A stretch of 64,000 bases of DNA from the sequence record LC768462.1. One strand, 5' to 3'. Source of the DNA: Escherichia phage phiEc_1. This document shows, piece by piece, positions 19,459 to 28,448 of this stretch; the first letter of the stretch is position 1; each line of letters begins with the position of its first letter. Under the pieces are notes generated by a model. That model did not search any database and was not told the DNA's origin. It saw only the letters and a list, made by a program, of their open reading frames with translations. The position numbers and the translations under genes were made by a program.

Positions 19459-19848
19459 ATGTTGACATTGACTATTTATTATGAGGCAGGGAATCAGCCA
19501 ACCGCATGTAAGGCTTTAGTTGCGGATACCGTGATAAATAGAATGGCCCAACGAAAACTGACCGCTGAACAGGTGATAAGACAGAAGAACCAGTTTGAGT
19601 GGATTCCGGTACTATTAAAACAGGAGAAACCTTATAAACGTTATGTAAAGCTGATTCGTGATAAAAATCCGATGACTAAGCAAGCCATTGGAGAAAGCGA
19701 GCGACTTGCTAAACGTGCCCTTAAGAAGAATTATGTTCCGCTGTACAGTGGGACTTACTTTCAGAGTAAGAGCGAAGGGGTGCCAAAATGGTATGCCAAT
19801 CCTATGTATTGTGGTGATTTAGTGTTCGATAATAGCTCTAGGGAATAA
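19459..19848 (+). CDS. SleB/CwlJ-like cell wall hydrolase domain protein
   Basis: YYEAGNQP..VADTVINRM..QFEW motifs; weak SD so start uncertain. Confidence 0.5.
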   Translation: MLTLTIYYEAGNQPTACKALVADTVINRMAQRKLTAEQVIRQKNQFEWIPVLLKQEKPYKRYVKLIRDKNPMTKQAIGESERLAKRALKKNYVPLYSGTYFQSKSEGVPKWYANPMYCGDLVFDNSSRE

Positions 19849-20048
19849 TCACTAGTGCCAGATTTGACAAACTAAATTCCTTTATAAACCAACCACTTAG
19901 TAAATTTATCGAAAAAGATGGTAGTATTCTGGGACTATGGGTAATGCTCTGTATATAGACCCTTTGAAAATTTCTTAGAAAATAAGTTTACTAAATATAA
20001 CTTACTTAAATAATATTACTTTTAATCTCTGATAAAGGGTAAAATGAT

Positions 20049-20345
20049 ATGACTTTAGAAGTATATAAATTCCTTTTTGTAAGCTGTTTAACTATCAGCG
20101 TTATAGGATTTATTGTTCTCAGAAACAAAGCAGCAAGCTGGGAAAGAATGTATAAATCCCTAGTTCGAGTGGATGAGATGTATAATGAGAAAGTTAAAGT
20201 AACACTCAACGATCTTATTATGCAAGTTGAAGACAGAAATAAGCGTCTTCAGAACCTCAACCATGAAGTATTACGACTTGCTCGTGCTAATGAAGACTTA
20301 CGAGTGGCTATTGCTAAGCAGCAGGAGATTAACAGTGAAAGTTAA
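20049..20345 (+). CDS. membrane-anchored coiled-coil protein
   Basis: N-terminal hydrophobic segment then heptad-like region. Confidence 0.5.
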   Translation: MTLEVYKFLFVSCLTISVIGFIVLRNKAASWERMYKSLVRVDEMYNEKVKVTLNDLIMQVEDRNKRLQNLNHEVLRLARANEDLRVAIAKQQEINSES

Positions 20346-20571
20346 TATTAAATCCGATCGTACAATGCTTCGCTTAAATAACATGAAGCCGGGCGTTCTA
20401 TTTGAGCGTAAAGACTCTCTTTATATTAGAACCGACACACTATACGCAGATAACTATGTGAACTGTGTTGATGTGGTAACTGGAAAGCTCATGCCTTTTA
20501 AACGGGATGAAGTCTGCCAAGTACGTAGTGATCTTCACATAACCAACATAGAGGCTAAAGATGAAGATTGA
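20335..20571 (+). CDS. small paralog family member 1
   Basis: GTG start with AGGAG SD; shares MK..L..G.VF...V.L..G pattern with 7 other ORFs. Confidence 0.5.
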   Translation: MKVNIKSDRTMLRLNNMKPGVLFERKDSLYIRTDTLYADNYVNCVDVVTGKLMPFKRDEVCQVRSDLHITNIEAKDED

Positions 20572-20812
20572 TCTTGAGATGAAAGCTAAAGAATTGTGTG
20601 TGGGTGATTTGAAACTTGGTGATGTATTCCAAGTTAAGGCAACATGTATTGATTATTACATGATCGTTCAGTTATATACACCACATGTGTCAGAGACTGA
20701 TCTTCGGAATGGTTGTGTAGTGCTCAGTTTAAGCACCAATCAAGTAATGAAGCTAGATTCAAACTTACCTGTTTCAGTTATCCATGATGCAGTAATTACC
20801 AATCGGAAGTGA
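20561..20812 (+). CDS. small paralog family member 2
   Basis: paralog pattern (LKLGDVFQV...). Confidence 0.55.
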   Translation: MKIDLEMKAKELCVGDLKLGDVFQVKATCIDYYMIVQLYTPHVSETDLRNGCVVLSLSTNQVMKLDSNLPVSVIHDAVITNRK

Positions 20813-20814
20813 AT

Positions 20815-21027
20815 ATGAACATTGAAAAGAAGGTTGTTGACGAGGCTGTTCAGTTACGATCTCTTGAAACACATGATGTATTTGTGTGGGGAGGCAGTCT
20901 GTTTCAGAAATCTGCTTATGCTGTAGAGGGCGGGGTTCGTTGTTTTAATATCTTCAACAATGAGATGCAAATCCTTCCTAACTTCGCTCATGTTAATAAA
21001 CTTATCCACCTTTCTATATATCAATAA
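20815..21027 (+). CDS. small paralog family member 3
   Basis: paralog pattern (LETHDVFVW...). Confidence 0.5.
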   Translation: MNIEKKVVDEAVQLRSLETHDVFVWGGSLFQKSAYAVEGGVRCFNIFNNEMQILPNFAHVNKLIHLSIYQ

Positions 21028-21037
21028 GGGCAATTAG

Positions 21038-21256
21038 ATGGAAATTAAAGTAGTTGATTATCCTAAATATGCAAATGCAGAGGACGTTAAAGGTGGTGAT
21101 GTTTTCTCTTATGATAAACGTTTCTGGCTGATGCTAGAAGATAAAACCCCTGATGGTTTGTGTAAGGCTGCTAACTTGAGCAGTGGTTCTGTTGAAGTCT
21201 TCGGTCTATCAACCACTGTTATGCCACGACCTGATCTGTGTTTATCCCAAAAGTAA
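21038..21256 (+). CDS. small paralog family member 4
   Basis: paralog pattern (VKGGDVFSY...). Confidence 0.55.
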   Translation: MEIKVVDYPKYANAEDVKGGDVFSYDKRFWLMLEDKTPDGLCKAANLSSGSVEVFGLSTTVMPRPDLCLSQK

Positions 21257-21614
21257 CACCGACTTATAGCCCTTGTGTTTATCAGAGGGCTATGTGAGGG
21301 TGTTCCTCATTAACTTATTAATTCAGGCATATGCCACACCGCTAGGGAGAGCTTGCTCGAACATCCGGTGTTAGACTAAAACCTGTTAATTTTCGAAAGA
21401 CTTTCCGATATGTAGGGGTACGTATTGGTTTGGGATTCAGGAGACTTCCTAGGGGTAGGGAGTCTTCACCAGTTGGAATAAGAGATAGCTCTAGAACCTG
21501 AACTCTTAGGCAGAGAAGGTCGGCAATGAGTACGCGGTCAGGGTTAGTCTACTGACTAGGGCTATCCCTTATATCAACTGGCAATAATGCCTCCACTAAC
21601 AAAGAGAGATAGGT

Positions 21615-21755
21615 ATGAAAGTATCAACCAAACGTATGAACCGCCCTGAACGTATGGATGCAGTAGCTAATGGTGCTCTGAAACTGGAAGGCTTTTGGAT
21701 TCATGCAATGTCAGCCATCCGTAACAAGCAAGGTAATTGGACGTATAACAGTTAA
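21615..21755 (+). CDS. small hypothetical protein (46 aa)
   Basis: short ORF followed directly by a terminator. Confidence 0.35.
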   Translation: MKVSTKRMNRPERMDAVANGALKLEGFWIHAMSAIRNKQGNWTYNS

Positions 21756-21763
21756 TAAATAAA

Positions 21764-21794
21764 AGGCTGCCTTCGGGTGGCCTTTGTTGTTTTA
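21764..21794 (+). terminator. intrinsic terminator
   Basis: GGCUGCC-UUCG-GGUGGCC + U-rich tail. Confidence 0.6.
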
Positions 21795-21836
21795 ATTAAG
21801 GGACAACTCTTACTTAAACTAACAAGAGGTGCTTAT

Positions 21837-22190
21837 ATGAGACGCATGGTTAAAGATTGGGTCACTAAATCAGGTCTTCGTGCTGTGATTATGCACATGA
21901 ACGACTCCCATTTTTGTGGATATGTAGAGCTACCAGACAGCTTAAAACATAAAAACTTCACCGGATATAACGGAAAGGAAGAGGTTTGTTATGTAAGTGT
22001 TCATGGTGGTGTCACATGGCAAGACACCCTTGAAGAGATGGGTGGTTTAGATACAATCGGATTTGATTGTGCCCATGCAGGTGATAAGACACGGTTCAAC
22101 CCTAACGGGATACCAAGAACAGAAGAGTTCTGCGTTAATGAATGCGAACAATTGGCTGAACAACTAAGAGATCTAGAATCAAATGTCTAA
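21837..22190 (+). CDS. hypothetical protein
   Basis: ATG with AAGAGGTG SD; 117 aa. Confidence 0.55.
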   Translation: MRRMVKDWVTKSGLRAVIMHMNDSHFCGYVELPDSLKHKNFTGYNGKEEVCYVSVHGGVTWQDTLEEMGGLDTIGFDCAHAGDKTRFNPNGIPRTEEFCVNECEQLAEQLRDLESNV

Positions 22191-22359
22191 GCAAATAATC
22201 AAACATACGCAAGCTGGTTACTCTTATGTCAACTCTCCTTGCTGCGGTGCTCGTATTAGTCTGGTTAAGGAAGAGGTTCGTATTGTTCAGCGTGGCGCTA
22301 CTGTTGTTCGTTCATGCTGTGTCTGTGGTAATGACATTTTTATCAAAGGTAAAGTATGA
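22183..22359 (+). CDS. small Cys-rich protein
   Basis: 58 aa with CC..//..CCVC; start/stop overlaps with both neighbours. Confidence 0.4.
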   Translation: MSKQIIKHTQAGYSYVNSPCCGARISLVKEEVRIVQRGATVVRSCCVCGNDIFIKGKV

Positions 22360-22607
22360 AAAACTTCCAAGCTGCACCAATCACTAAAGTGATCGAAGTT
22401 GATGGTATAATGATGACTGTTCCTCTGAACACTCGTTACATTGCAATTGACAAGATGGGTTATGTATGGGCTTGGAAGATCAAGCCTAGTTATAACGCAT
22501 TGTTTGATGAGTTTGTTTGTACTGGAACTTACAGTCCCACATTCTTAGGTTTATTTGGAGAATTTGATGGTAAGCATAAAATCATCACACTCCCTGCTTG
22601 TGCTTGA
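22356..22607 (+). CDS. hypothetical protein (paralog of next gene)
   Basis: 83 aa; similar to 22615-22848. Confidence 0.5.
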   Translation: MKNFQAAPITKVIEVDGIMMTVPLNTRYIAIDKMGYVWAWKIKPSYNALFDEFVCTGTYSPTFLGLFGEFDGKHKIITLPACA

Positions 22608-22614
22608 GGTTAAT

Positions 22615-22848
22615 ATGAAAGGAAAAGAGGTTAAATATTTTGGCGAAGTTGTTAAAGTGGACAGCTCTATAAGATATTTAGCAACTGATAGCAACGGCGA
22701 GGTATATGGGTTTACCCATAAGCCAGAAATTCGTGGGTATGCTTGGGCACTTCCTTATGGGACTCCGTTCGAGACGGGAGGAGCTGTTTATCTTAACGAT
22801 AATGGACCTCTGTTTGCATGGAAAACATCTCTCGTTGAGGTGGTGTAA
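22615..22848 (+). CDS. hypothetical protein (paralog of previous gene)
   Basis: 78 aa. Confidence 0.5.
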   Translation: MKGKEVKYFGEVVKVDSSIRYLATDSNGEVYGFTHKPEIRGYAWALPYGTPFETGGAVYLNDNGPLFAWKTSLVEVV

Positions 22849-23022
22849 TTATGTTCAAGTGGTTTAAACGTCTATTCCATCTGCATGATTGGGAGACAAT
22901 AAAAGAAATTCGTTTACACATATATAATGAGATCGGTCAAATAGAAGACACAGGTACTCGTTATATACTTCGATGTAAAACATGTGGTCATATCACCAAA
23001 CGAGATATGATCTAAATCTTAT

Positions 23023-23095
23023 GCGCTCTTAGCTCAATGGATAGAGCAGTAGCCTTCTAAGCTATTGGTTACAGGTTCGAGTCCTGTAGGGCGCA
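23023..23095 (+). tRNA. tRNA-Arg (anticodon UCU); CCA encoded at 23096-23098
   Basis: hand-folded cloverleaf: 7-bp acceptor stem, D-arm, anticodon loop CU-UCU-AA, T-arm ACAGG-TTCGAGT-CCTGT. Confidence 0.9.
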
Positions 23096-23117
23096 CCAAA
23101 TCTAATAGGAGGTAATT

Positions 23118-23417
23118 ATGAGTTGGGGTGGTGTAATATCCTTAATCTGTATCTTCCTTGTCTGCATAGCCCTTACAGGCTGCGTACAGAGCCGTCCTGA
23201 TGGATGGTGTGCAGTAGCAGTGGAAGGTGTTTGTGTTTCTCGCTGGCATAAGGGTGAGAAGATTCCTTCTGGTGAAATTGATATGCGATGGAACGGAGCA
23301 ACCTGTTCTAATGCTAACCCTTCTATCAACGAAGAGAAGTCTACACCGGATAATGTTGTTATTGATACAGCATTGTGGTGTGGTGGCTCTACGATTACAA
23401 CCGGTAAGGAGTGGTGA
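23118..23417 (+). CDS. lipoprotein
   Basis: signal peptide with lipobox LTGC. Confidence 0.6.
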   Translation: MSWGGVISLICIFLVCIALTGCVQSRPDGWCAVAVEGVCVSRWHKGEKIPSGEIDMRWNGATCSNANPSINEEKSTPDNVVIDTALWCGGSTITTGKEW

Positions 23418-23418
23418 T

Positions 23419-23616
23419 ATGAATTACACATCTACAAAGGTGTTAATTGATTCGATTAATAACTCCTCAGAAACTGTACAGGAGCGTTTAATACAAGATG
23501 TTAGCAATGACATTAAGTTCTTTGTTAAGAGCCGCCTGTTAGGTTCTAAGGCTTATTACAGAGCTAAAGCAGAGCTTACAAAGAGGATGTTTCTTTTACA
23601 TGGTTTGGTATATTAA
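23419..23616 (+). CDS. hypothetical protein
   Basis: ATG with AAGGAG SD 7 nt upstream. Confidence 0.45.
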   Translation: MNYTSTKVLIDSINNSSETVQERLIQDVSNDIKFFVKSRLLGSKAYYRAKAELTKRMFLLHGLVY

Positions 23617-23625
23617 GGAACTTAT

Positions 23626-23847
23626 ATGAAACTAGACTCTAAGCAGTCACTTAAAACTGTTGAATTGTCCACGCTGCCAAACGGAAGTATTTTTGGTCAT
23701 GATAAACACTTCTGGATTAAAACAGACATCATAGACGATGGATATATCACCTGTGTCAATCTTTGGAACGGCTCAGTGGATGGCTATCGCCCTAGTGCAA
23801 AAGTAGTCCCTCAGCCTGATGCAAAGGCTACAGGTTTAGTTTACTAA
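23626..23847 (+). CDS. small paralog family member 5
   Basis: paralog pattern (LPNGSIFGH...). Confidence 0.5.
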   Translation: MKLDSKQSLKTVELSTLPNGSIFGHDKHFWIKTDIIDDGYITCVNLWNGSVDGYRPSAKVVPQPDAKATGLVY

Positions 23848-23856
23848 GGAGCCTGT

Positions 23857-24030
23857 ATGAGTTGTTTTGGTGGCGGTGAAGTAGATGACGATGATGACAT
23901 GGAATCCAACGGTACATGTCCTGATTGTGGATGTGAGACGTTTGATGGGGTGTCTGTTTATCCTGCCTGTAGTTACTCACCAGTGATCTGTAAAACATGT
24001 GGTGATCAGCCGTGTGACCAATCTTGTTAA
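23857..24030 (+). CDS. small acidic Cys-rich protein
   Basis: 57 aa, 9 Cys. Confidence 0.35.
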   Translation: MSCFGGGEVDDDDDMESNGTCPDCGCETFDGVSVYPACSYSPVICKTCGDQPCDQSC

Positions 24031-24182
24031 GAGAATCTTATGACTGAAGAATTTTTAGAGTGGTTTGGGAACACCTTCAAAGATTATCTATTCTCTCCAG
24101 AAGACTTTGAAGAACTGAAAACCTACACTTGGTTGGCTTGGAGAGATAGCCGACGAAAGTTGAACAAGTAAGAGACGATTAA

Positions 24183-24440
24183 ATGGGTTTACTTGATATT
24201 TTTATCTCAGTTTACTTTATTGGAGTATTCCTTTCTGTCTTAGTGATGAAACTGCTATACAAGAAAGGTCTACTAAAAGGGGTCATTACAACAGGGTCTA
24301 CCAGCTCTGAACCTGATGAGATGATGGTTGTTCTCTTAATTGTGTTGTGGCCTATCTCAATACTGTCAGGAGTTTTTTATCCAATAGGTTGGCTTCTGTT
24401 TAAAGCATATGATGCAGTTATGCATTTTATCTTTAAGTAA
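24183..24440 (+). CDS. small membrane protein
   Basis: 2-3 hydrophobic helices. Confidence 0.5.
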   Translation: MGLLDIFISVYFIGVFLSVLVMKLLYKKGLLKGVITTGSTSSEPDEMMVVLLIVLWPISILSGVFYPIGWLLFKAYDAVMHFIFK

Positions 24441-24730
24441 TATCGTGAAGGATTCTTACGAGAGTCCTTTGAGATAGGACTTCAGATCTCCTATCAAACT
24501 AACATTCATGTAACTAGCCCATAAGGGCGTTACCCTTTAATAACCCAGCCCACTAAGGGGGCGGGAGTTTAGTGCTGGATTAGCATAACGCTTATTCCTA
24601 CAAAGGCAACCGATTGTTAGATCTTACATGCAATATTAACTAATAGGATAAGGGAGGATTCGTCCCCTCCCCCTATTTTATTGAATCTTTATCTAAGCAA
24701 GTCTTATATAAACGTTTAATTGGAGGATGT

Positions 24731-25042
24731 ATGAAAGCACGAAGAACTATATGGACTCCGATGCAGATTGAAAATCTTCGGAGACTGATCAAAGAGTACT
24801 CGGTTCAAGAAGTTGCTCAGATTATGAATGTAACGGAGAATGCTGTTAACACAGCTTGCACTAAATTCGGAATATCAAGAGCTTCAATCCGAGTCAAGTG
24901 GTCTAAAGAAGAAGATCAGTTCCTTATCCGTAATGCCGGGTTTATGTCTATTCAGAGAATGGCTGACATGCTTGGTAGAAGTTATGCTGCTGTACAGAAC
25001 AGGGCATGTATGCACCTTAATATTAGCCTCAAACTTAAATAG
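24731..25042 (+). CDS. putative DNA-binding protein with tandem HTH-like repeats
   Basis: two ~45-aa repeats resembling sigma region-4 / Myb-like HTH. Confidence 0.45.
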   Translation: MKARRTIWTPMQIENLRRLIKEYSVQEVAQIMNVTENAVNTACTKFGISRASIRVKWSKEEDQFLIRNAGFMSIQRMADMLGRSYAAVQNRACMHLNISLKLK

Positions 25043-25050
25043 GAATCAAT

Positions 25051-25299
25051 ATGAAGATTACTCACAAGAAAGAAGAAGTGTCCACGGTTGATATCAACTC
25101 TCTTCCTAGTGGAGCAGTATTTAAATTCCCTGAGAGTTCTACTCTCTATGTCAAAGGGTCTGTGTCTGAAAGTCCTAATGTAACCGTTAACTCCGATCGA
25201 GCAATCACTCTTCGTCTATCTGATGGTAACGTAACAGCCCCTTCTATCTGGTGCCGAGTTGTCCCTGTATCGGCAGAACTTTTGGTGGATAATACATAA
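25051..25299 (+). CDS. small paralog family member 6
   Basis: paralog pattern (LPSGAVFKF...). Confidence 0.5.
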   Translation: MKITHKKEEVSTVDINSLPSGAVFKFPESSTLYVKGSVSESPNVTVNSDRAITLRLSDGNVTAPSIWCRVVPVSAELLVDNT

Positions 25300-25544
25300 T
25301 GAAAATCATCCCAAAGAAAAAGGATAATACGGTTCGATTGGAAACAATCATTCCCGGAAACCCCTTCGTAGTTCAGCACGGAAGTGCCTCTCCTCAGTAT
25401 TATATGAGGGTTGAAAATGCTTCTGGTAACATCCGTATAGCCAGTGGCTGGGTTCCTGTAGTAAATCTATCCACAGGTGCACTGTCTGTTAAAGGTCTTG
25501 ATGATCAGGTAGAAATGATTCGTATGTCTGTGGTTCAGGAGTGA
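25299..25544 (+). CDS. small paralog family member 7
   Basis: paralog pattern (IPGNPFVVQ...). Confidence 0.5.
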   Translation: MKIIPKKKDNTVRLETIIPGNPFVVQHGSASPQYYMRVENASGNIRIASGWVPVVNLSTGALSVKGLDDQVEMIRMSVVQE

Positions 25545-25792
25545 GAATGAGCACGATACATATTAAGGTTCACAACAAAGAAAAAAAGAAACTCTTTGTT
25601 AAAGATCTGTCAACCGCTGACATCTTTACTTTAAAAGATGATGACAGTCAGGTCATTTATTTGATGATGCCTCTATCTGGTGGATATCGCAGAGCAGTTA
25701 ATTTAGGTACAGGCGAACCTCGTCCTGTTTCTGACACTCTTGAAGTTGGCGAGAAGTTTGCCAAAGCAGAGATCATCTTAACTCCGATGTAA
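25541..25792 (+). CDS. small paralog family member 8
   Basis: paralog pattern (LSTADIFTL...). Confidence 0.5.
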   Translation: MRMSTIHIKVHNKEKKKLFVKDLSTADIFTLKDDDSQVIYLMMPLSGGYRRAVNLGTGEPRPVSDTLEVGEKFAKAEIILTPM

Positions 25793-26025
25793 GGGTAAGT
25801 AAGTGAAAACAAAAGCATATTCTTATGATGATATGATCAACCAGAAAGGCTTCGGTCAACGCCAGCCTGACGGTTCAATTATCTGGTTTGTAAACGGACA
25901 GAAAAAGGTAGCTAAATAAGCCCTCTTCTCTCCTCCTTTTAGTACTATGACGCCTCTCTGTGGGCGGCCCAATTTGCGTAGGGAATTCCCTCTACGCAGC
26001 CATGACTTTTTAAGGAATTTCCCCT

Positions 26026-26259
26026 ATGTCTAAAGTAAGTGCAATTGATGCAATCCGTCAACCGTTCCAGTTCCAATCCAAATCAACCCAAACCTTCAGC
26101 GAACCTAAGCAAATTCGCTTGGGTGGCACAGAGAAAACTGTGTTCGATCTGGCTAAAAACAAGAGCGTTACCGTAGTTGATGGTGGCACTCTGGTTAACG
26201 TTTCTCATCGCATCCGCACTGGCAAAACTGCCAAAGATCGTGCTAAGAAAGGCGAGTAA
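26026..26259 (+). CDS. hypothetical protein
   Basis: 77-aa ORF. Confidence 0.5.
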   Translation: MSKVSAIDAIRQPFQFQSKSTQTFSEPKQIRLGGTEKTVFDLAKNKSVTVVDGGTLVNVSHRIRTGKTAKDRAKKGE

Positions 26260-26474
26260 TGATAACACTTGTGTCGATCGTTTACAGAATACACTACCGT
26301 CTAGACAAAGGTAAGACCTATAAGTGCAAGAGTAAGACAGGCAATAGATGCTCTGTAGAAAACAACTCTGGTCAATGGGTGGATGTACCTTGTTGTTGGT
26401 TCAGGAAAGACTTGACTAACAAAGAAATTGACGAAATCCTTAGTGATGATTTTGTAAAATCAAGTGATTTTTAG
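26259..26474 (+). CDS. hypothetical protein
   Basis: 71-aa ORF. Confidence 0.45.
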   Translation: MITLVSIVYRIHYRLDKGKTYKCKSKTGNRCSVENNSGQWVDVPCCWFRKDLTNKEIDEILSDDFVKSSDF

Positions 26475-26665
26475 TTGTAGTAACGCCTATAGCCTTCTTC
26501 GGAGGGCTATGTGAGTTATTCTGACTCAACTAACCTAATCTTAATATATTTCCCGTATGGGGCCGATGCTAGGGAGAGGAACATTCCTCGAACATCCGTC
26601 GGATAGATATTTTAAGAGCAGGTTATCCACAGATATTGGGTAATATCTTTTTGTATTTAAAGCTT

Positions 26666-26690
26666 GACTCTTTTCGGAGAGTCCTTTTTT
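26666..26690 (+). terminator. intrinsic terminator
   Basis: GACUCU..AGAGUC hairpin + U6. Confidence 0.5.
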
Positions 26691-26709
26691 AAATTCAACG
26701 AGAGGAAAT

Positions 26710-26862
26710 ATGTCTAAATTAGATTTAAAACTGCTAGCAGCAGCGGTAGTGATTTGTGCACTAGCACTGGTAACGCAGAGAACATCTGGATTTATTCAGT
26801 GTTTCTTTTCTGGGCAATCCACTTATCAGTGGGTTATTGACGAGTGTAAACAACAGGAGTAA
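26710..26862 (+). CDS. small membrane protein (50 aa)
   Basis: hydrophobic core LLAAAVVICALALV. Confidence 0.35.
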   Translation: MSKLDLKLLAAAVVICALALVTQRTSGFIQCFFSGQSTYQWVIDECKQQE

Positions 26863-26864
26863 GT

Positions 26865-27227
26865 ATGAATACACGTCCCATCAAGGGCAACGTTAATATT
26901 GAAACTCTGAACAAGGTTGCATCAAACCTCGGTGGTATGTCCAACGAAGAGCTTGAGCAAGAACTTGCTTGGATTGCAAATGGTATCAAGGTTGCTAAAG
27001 GTAAGATTGCTCGTGAGCAAAGTAACATGAAAGCTCATAAGTATCTAATCCATCGTGCAAACGTGTTACCGGAGCGGGTTGTACATCTTGCCCGTAAAAA
27101 CTACGCAGAAGCAAAGAAAGCTCTGGAAGAAGCTGAGTTCCAGAAGCATCAATTTATGAACAACTATCGAAACTTCCGAGATATTCTTTATATTCGTAAG
27201 TCGATTGAGTTGATTAAAAACCAATAG
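26865..27227 (+). CDS. hypothetical protein
   Basis: 120 aa, coiled-coil. Confidence 0.55.
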   Translation: MNTRPIKGNVNIETLNKVASNLGGMSNEELEQELAWIANGIKVAKGKIAREQSNMKAHKYLIHRANVLPERVVHLARKNYAEAKKALEEAEFQKHQFMNNYRNFRDILYIRKSIELIKNQ

Positions 27228-27238
27228 AGGTTGGTATA

Positions 27239-28438
27239 ATGTTTCCAGTAACATTAGAAGATACTGAAGGTAATGTTTTAACAGTCAACCCTCCTTGTTA
27301 TGGGTTCCTTCAGCTTCGCAACTATAACGGTGGCGTTGATGAAGACGATGAAGAGTATGATGACTACTTCGACCCTAACATGTATGAGGCAACTCATGGA
27401 TGGAATATGCACGTTCGAGTGTGGCATGAAGAAGCTAACGTTCGTAGTGCTGATGGGGAAGAGTTCCTGTTAAGCCGAGAGATGGATATGTGTAAAATCA
27501 AGCATATCTGGAACTCTGGAACTCATATGAAGATGTTAGGTTTTAGACGTTGGCGTGATGAAAAGCATGTAGCTGAAGCTTTAAGTTGGTGTTCGTATGA
27601 AGATGAAGACACGCCCCCTAAGAACAACATCGAACGTTGGAACGACAAAAACCCTGAGCATCGAACCACACCTCGTGCTGTACTGGAAGCTATGGAAGCA
27701 TTTGTGGACAAAGATCGTCCCTCCTGTTTACGCTGGCACGATAAAGGTTTTATGGGGGTAGCAACTGAGAATATCCCTGCTGATCGTTGTCTGTTCTATT
27801 TGATGTTAGACCGAATCTTCTATTGTGAAGATGAAGAGAGTCAAGTTGAAACCTTCCTCCATAAATGGTTGGTTGAAGGCTGGACAATCCTTCAGGCTTA
27901 TGTTTACTCACGAATGGTTAGCACTTACACTAACCTCTTAGGGGAAACGAAAGCAACTCTGGTTGGTAATGATTGGGATGCTTGTATCTTCCCAGCGTCG
28001 CTGTTTACAGTTGGCATGGCTAATAAATACGCTGAAGCATTTCAAGTGCCTTGGCGTCAACAGTCATATAGAGATGGATGCGGTCATTTCCGTGATGAAG
28101 ACTTTAAGTGGATTCATTACGAGAATGATGAAACAGCAGAATTACGAGTTAACAACTCAATGTTCTTGCCAGTGATGCACCCCGATCTAGTAAAAGACGG
28201 GTCAGAGACACTTAAAGGTGATAATCTTTTGGTTAACTTTACCCGTCGCGTGTCTAAAAATGAGAAAACAGCTAACAGGTTAATCTACGGCATTCGTGCC
28301 GAGGCTAAAGACCTGTTCAACATCTACAACATCATTCAGCGATTTAGTAGTGGAACTCTGGACCAAAGTTCGGAGTATTCAGTGATTCCGTCCTCTGAGT
28401 GGGATGGTATTATGAGCGGATTATTTTTAGGAAAATAA
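27239..28438 (+). CDS. hypothetical protein, first gene of ligase/amidotransferase cluster
   Basis: 399 aa, acidic, no recognisable motif. Confidence 0.6.
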   Translation: MFPVTLEDTEGNVLTVNPPCYGFLQLRNYNGGVDEDDEEYDDYFDPNMYEATHGWNMHVRVWHEEANVRSADGEEFLLSREMDMCKIKHIWNSGTHMKMLGFRRWRDEKHVAEALSWCSYEDEDTPPKNNIERWNDKNPEHRTTPRAVLEAMEAFVDKDRPSCLRWHDKGFMGVATENIPADRCLFYLMLDRIFYCEDEESQVETFLHKWLVEGWTILQAYVYSRMVSTYTNLLGETKATLVGNDWDACIFPASLFTVGMANKYAEAFQVPWRQQSYRDGCGHFRDEDFKWIHYENDETAELRVNNSMFLPVMHPDLVKDGSETLKGDNLLVNFTRRVSKNEKTANRLIYGIRAEAKDLFNIYNIIQRFSSGTLDQSSEYSVIPSSEWDGIMSGLFLGK

Positions 28439-28448
28439 AAGGTTAGTT

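Noticed and set aside
23227-23616. 129-aa ORF reading through the lipoprotein gene 3' end
   Set aside because: Overlaps the lipoprotein gene in another frame; the internal ATG at 23419 with AAGGAG SD is the more plausible start.
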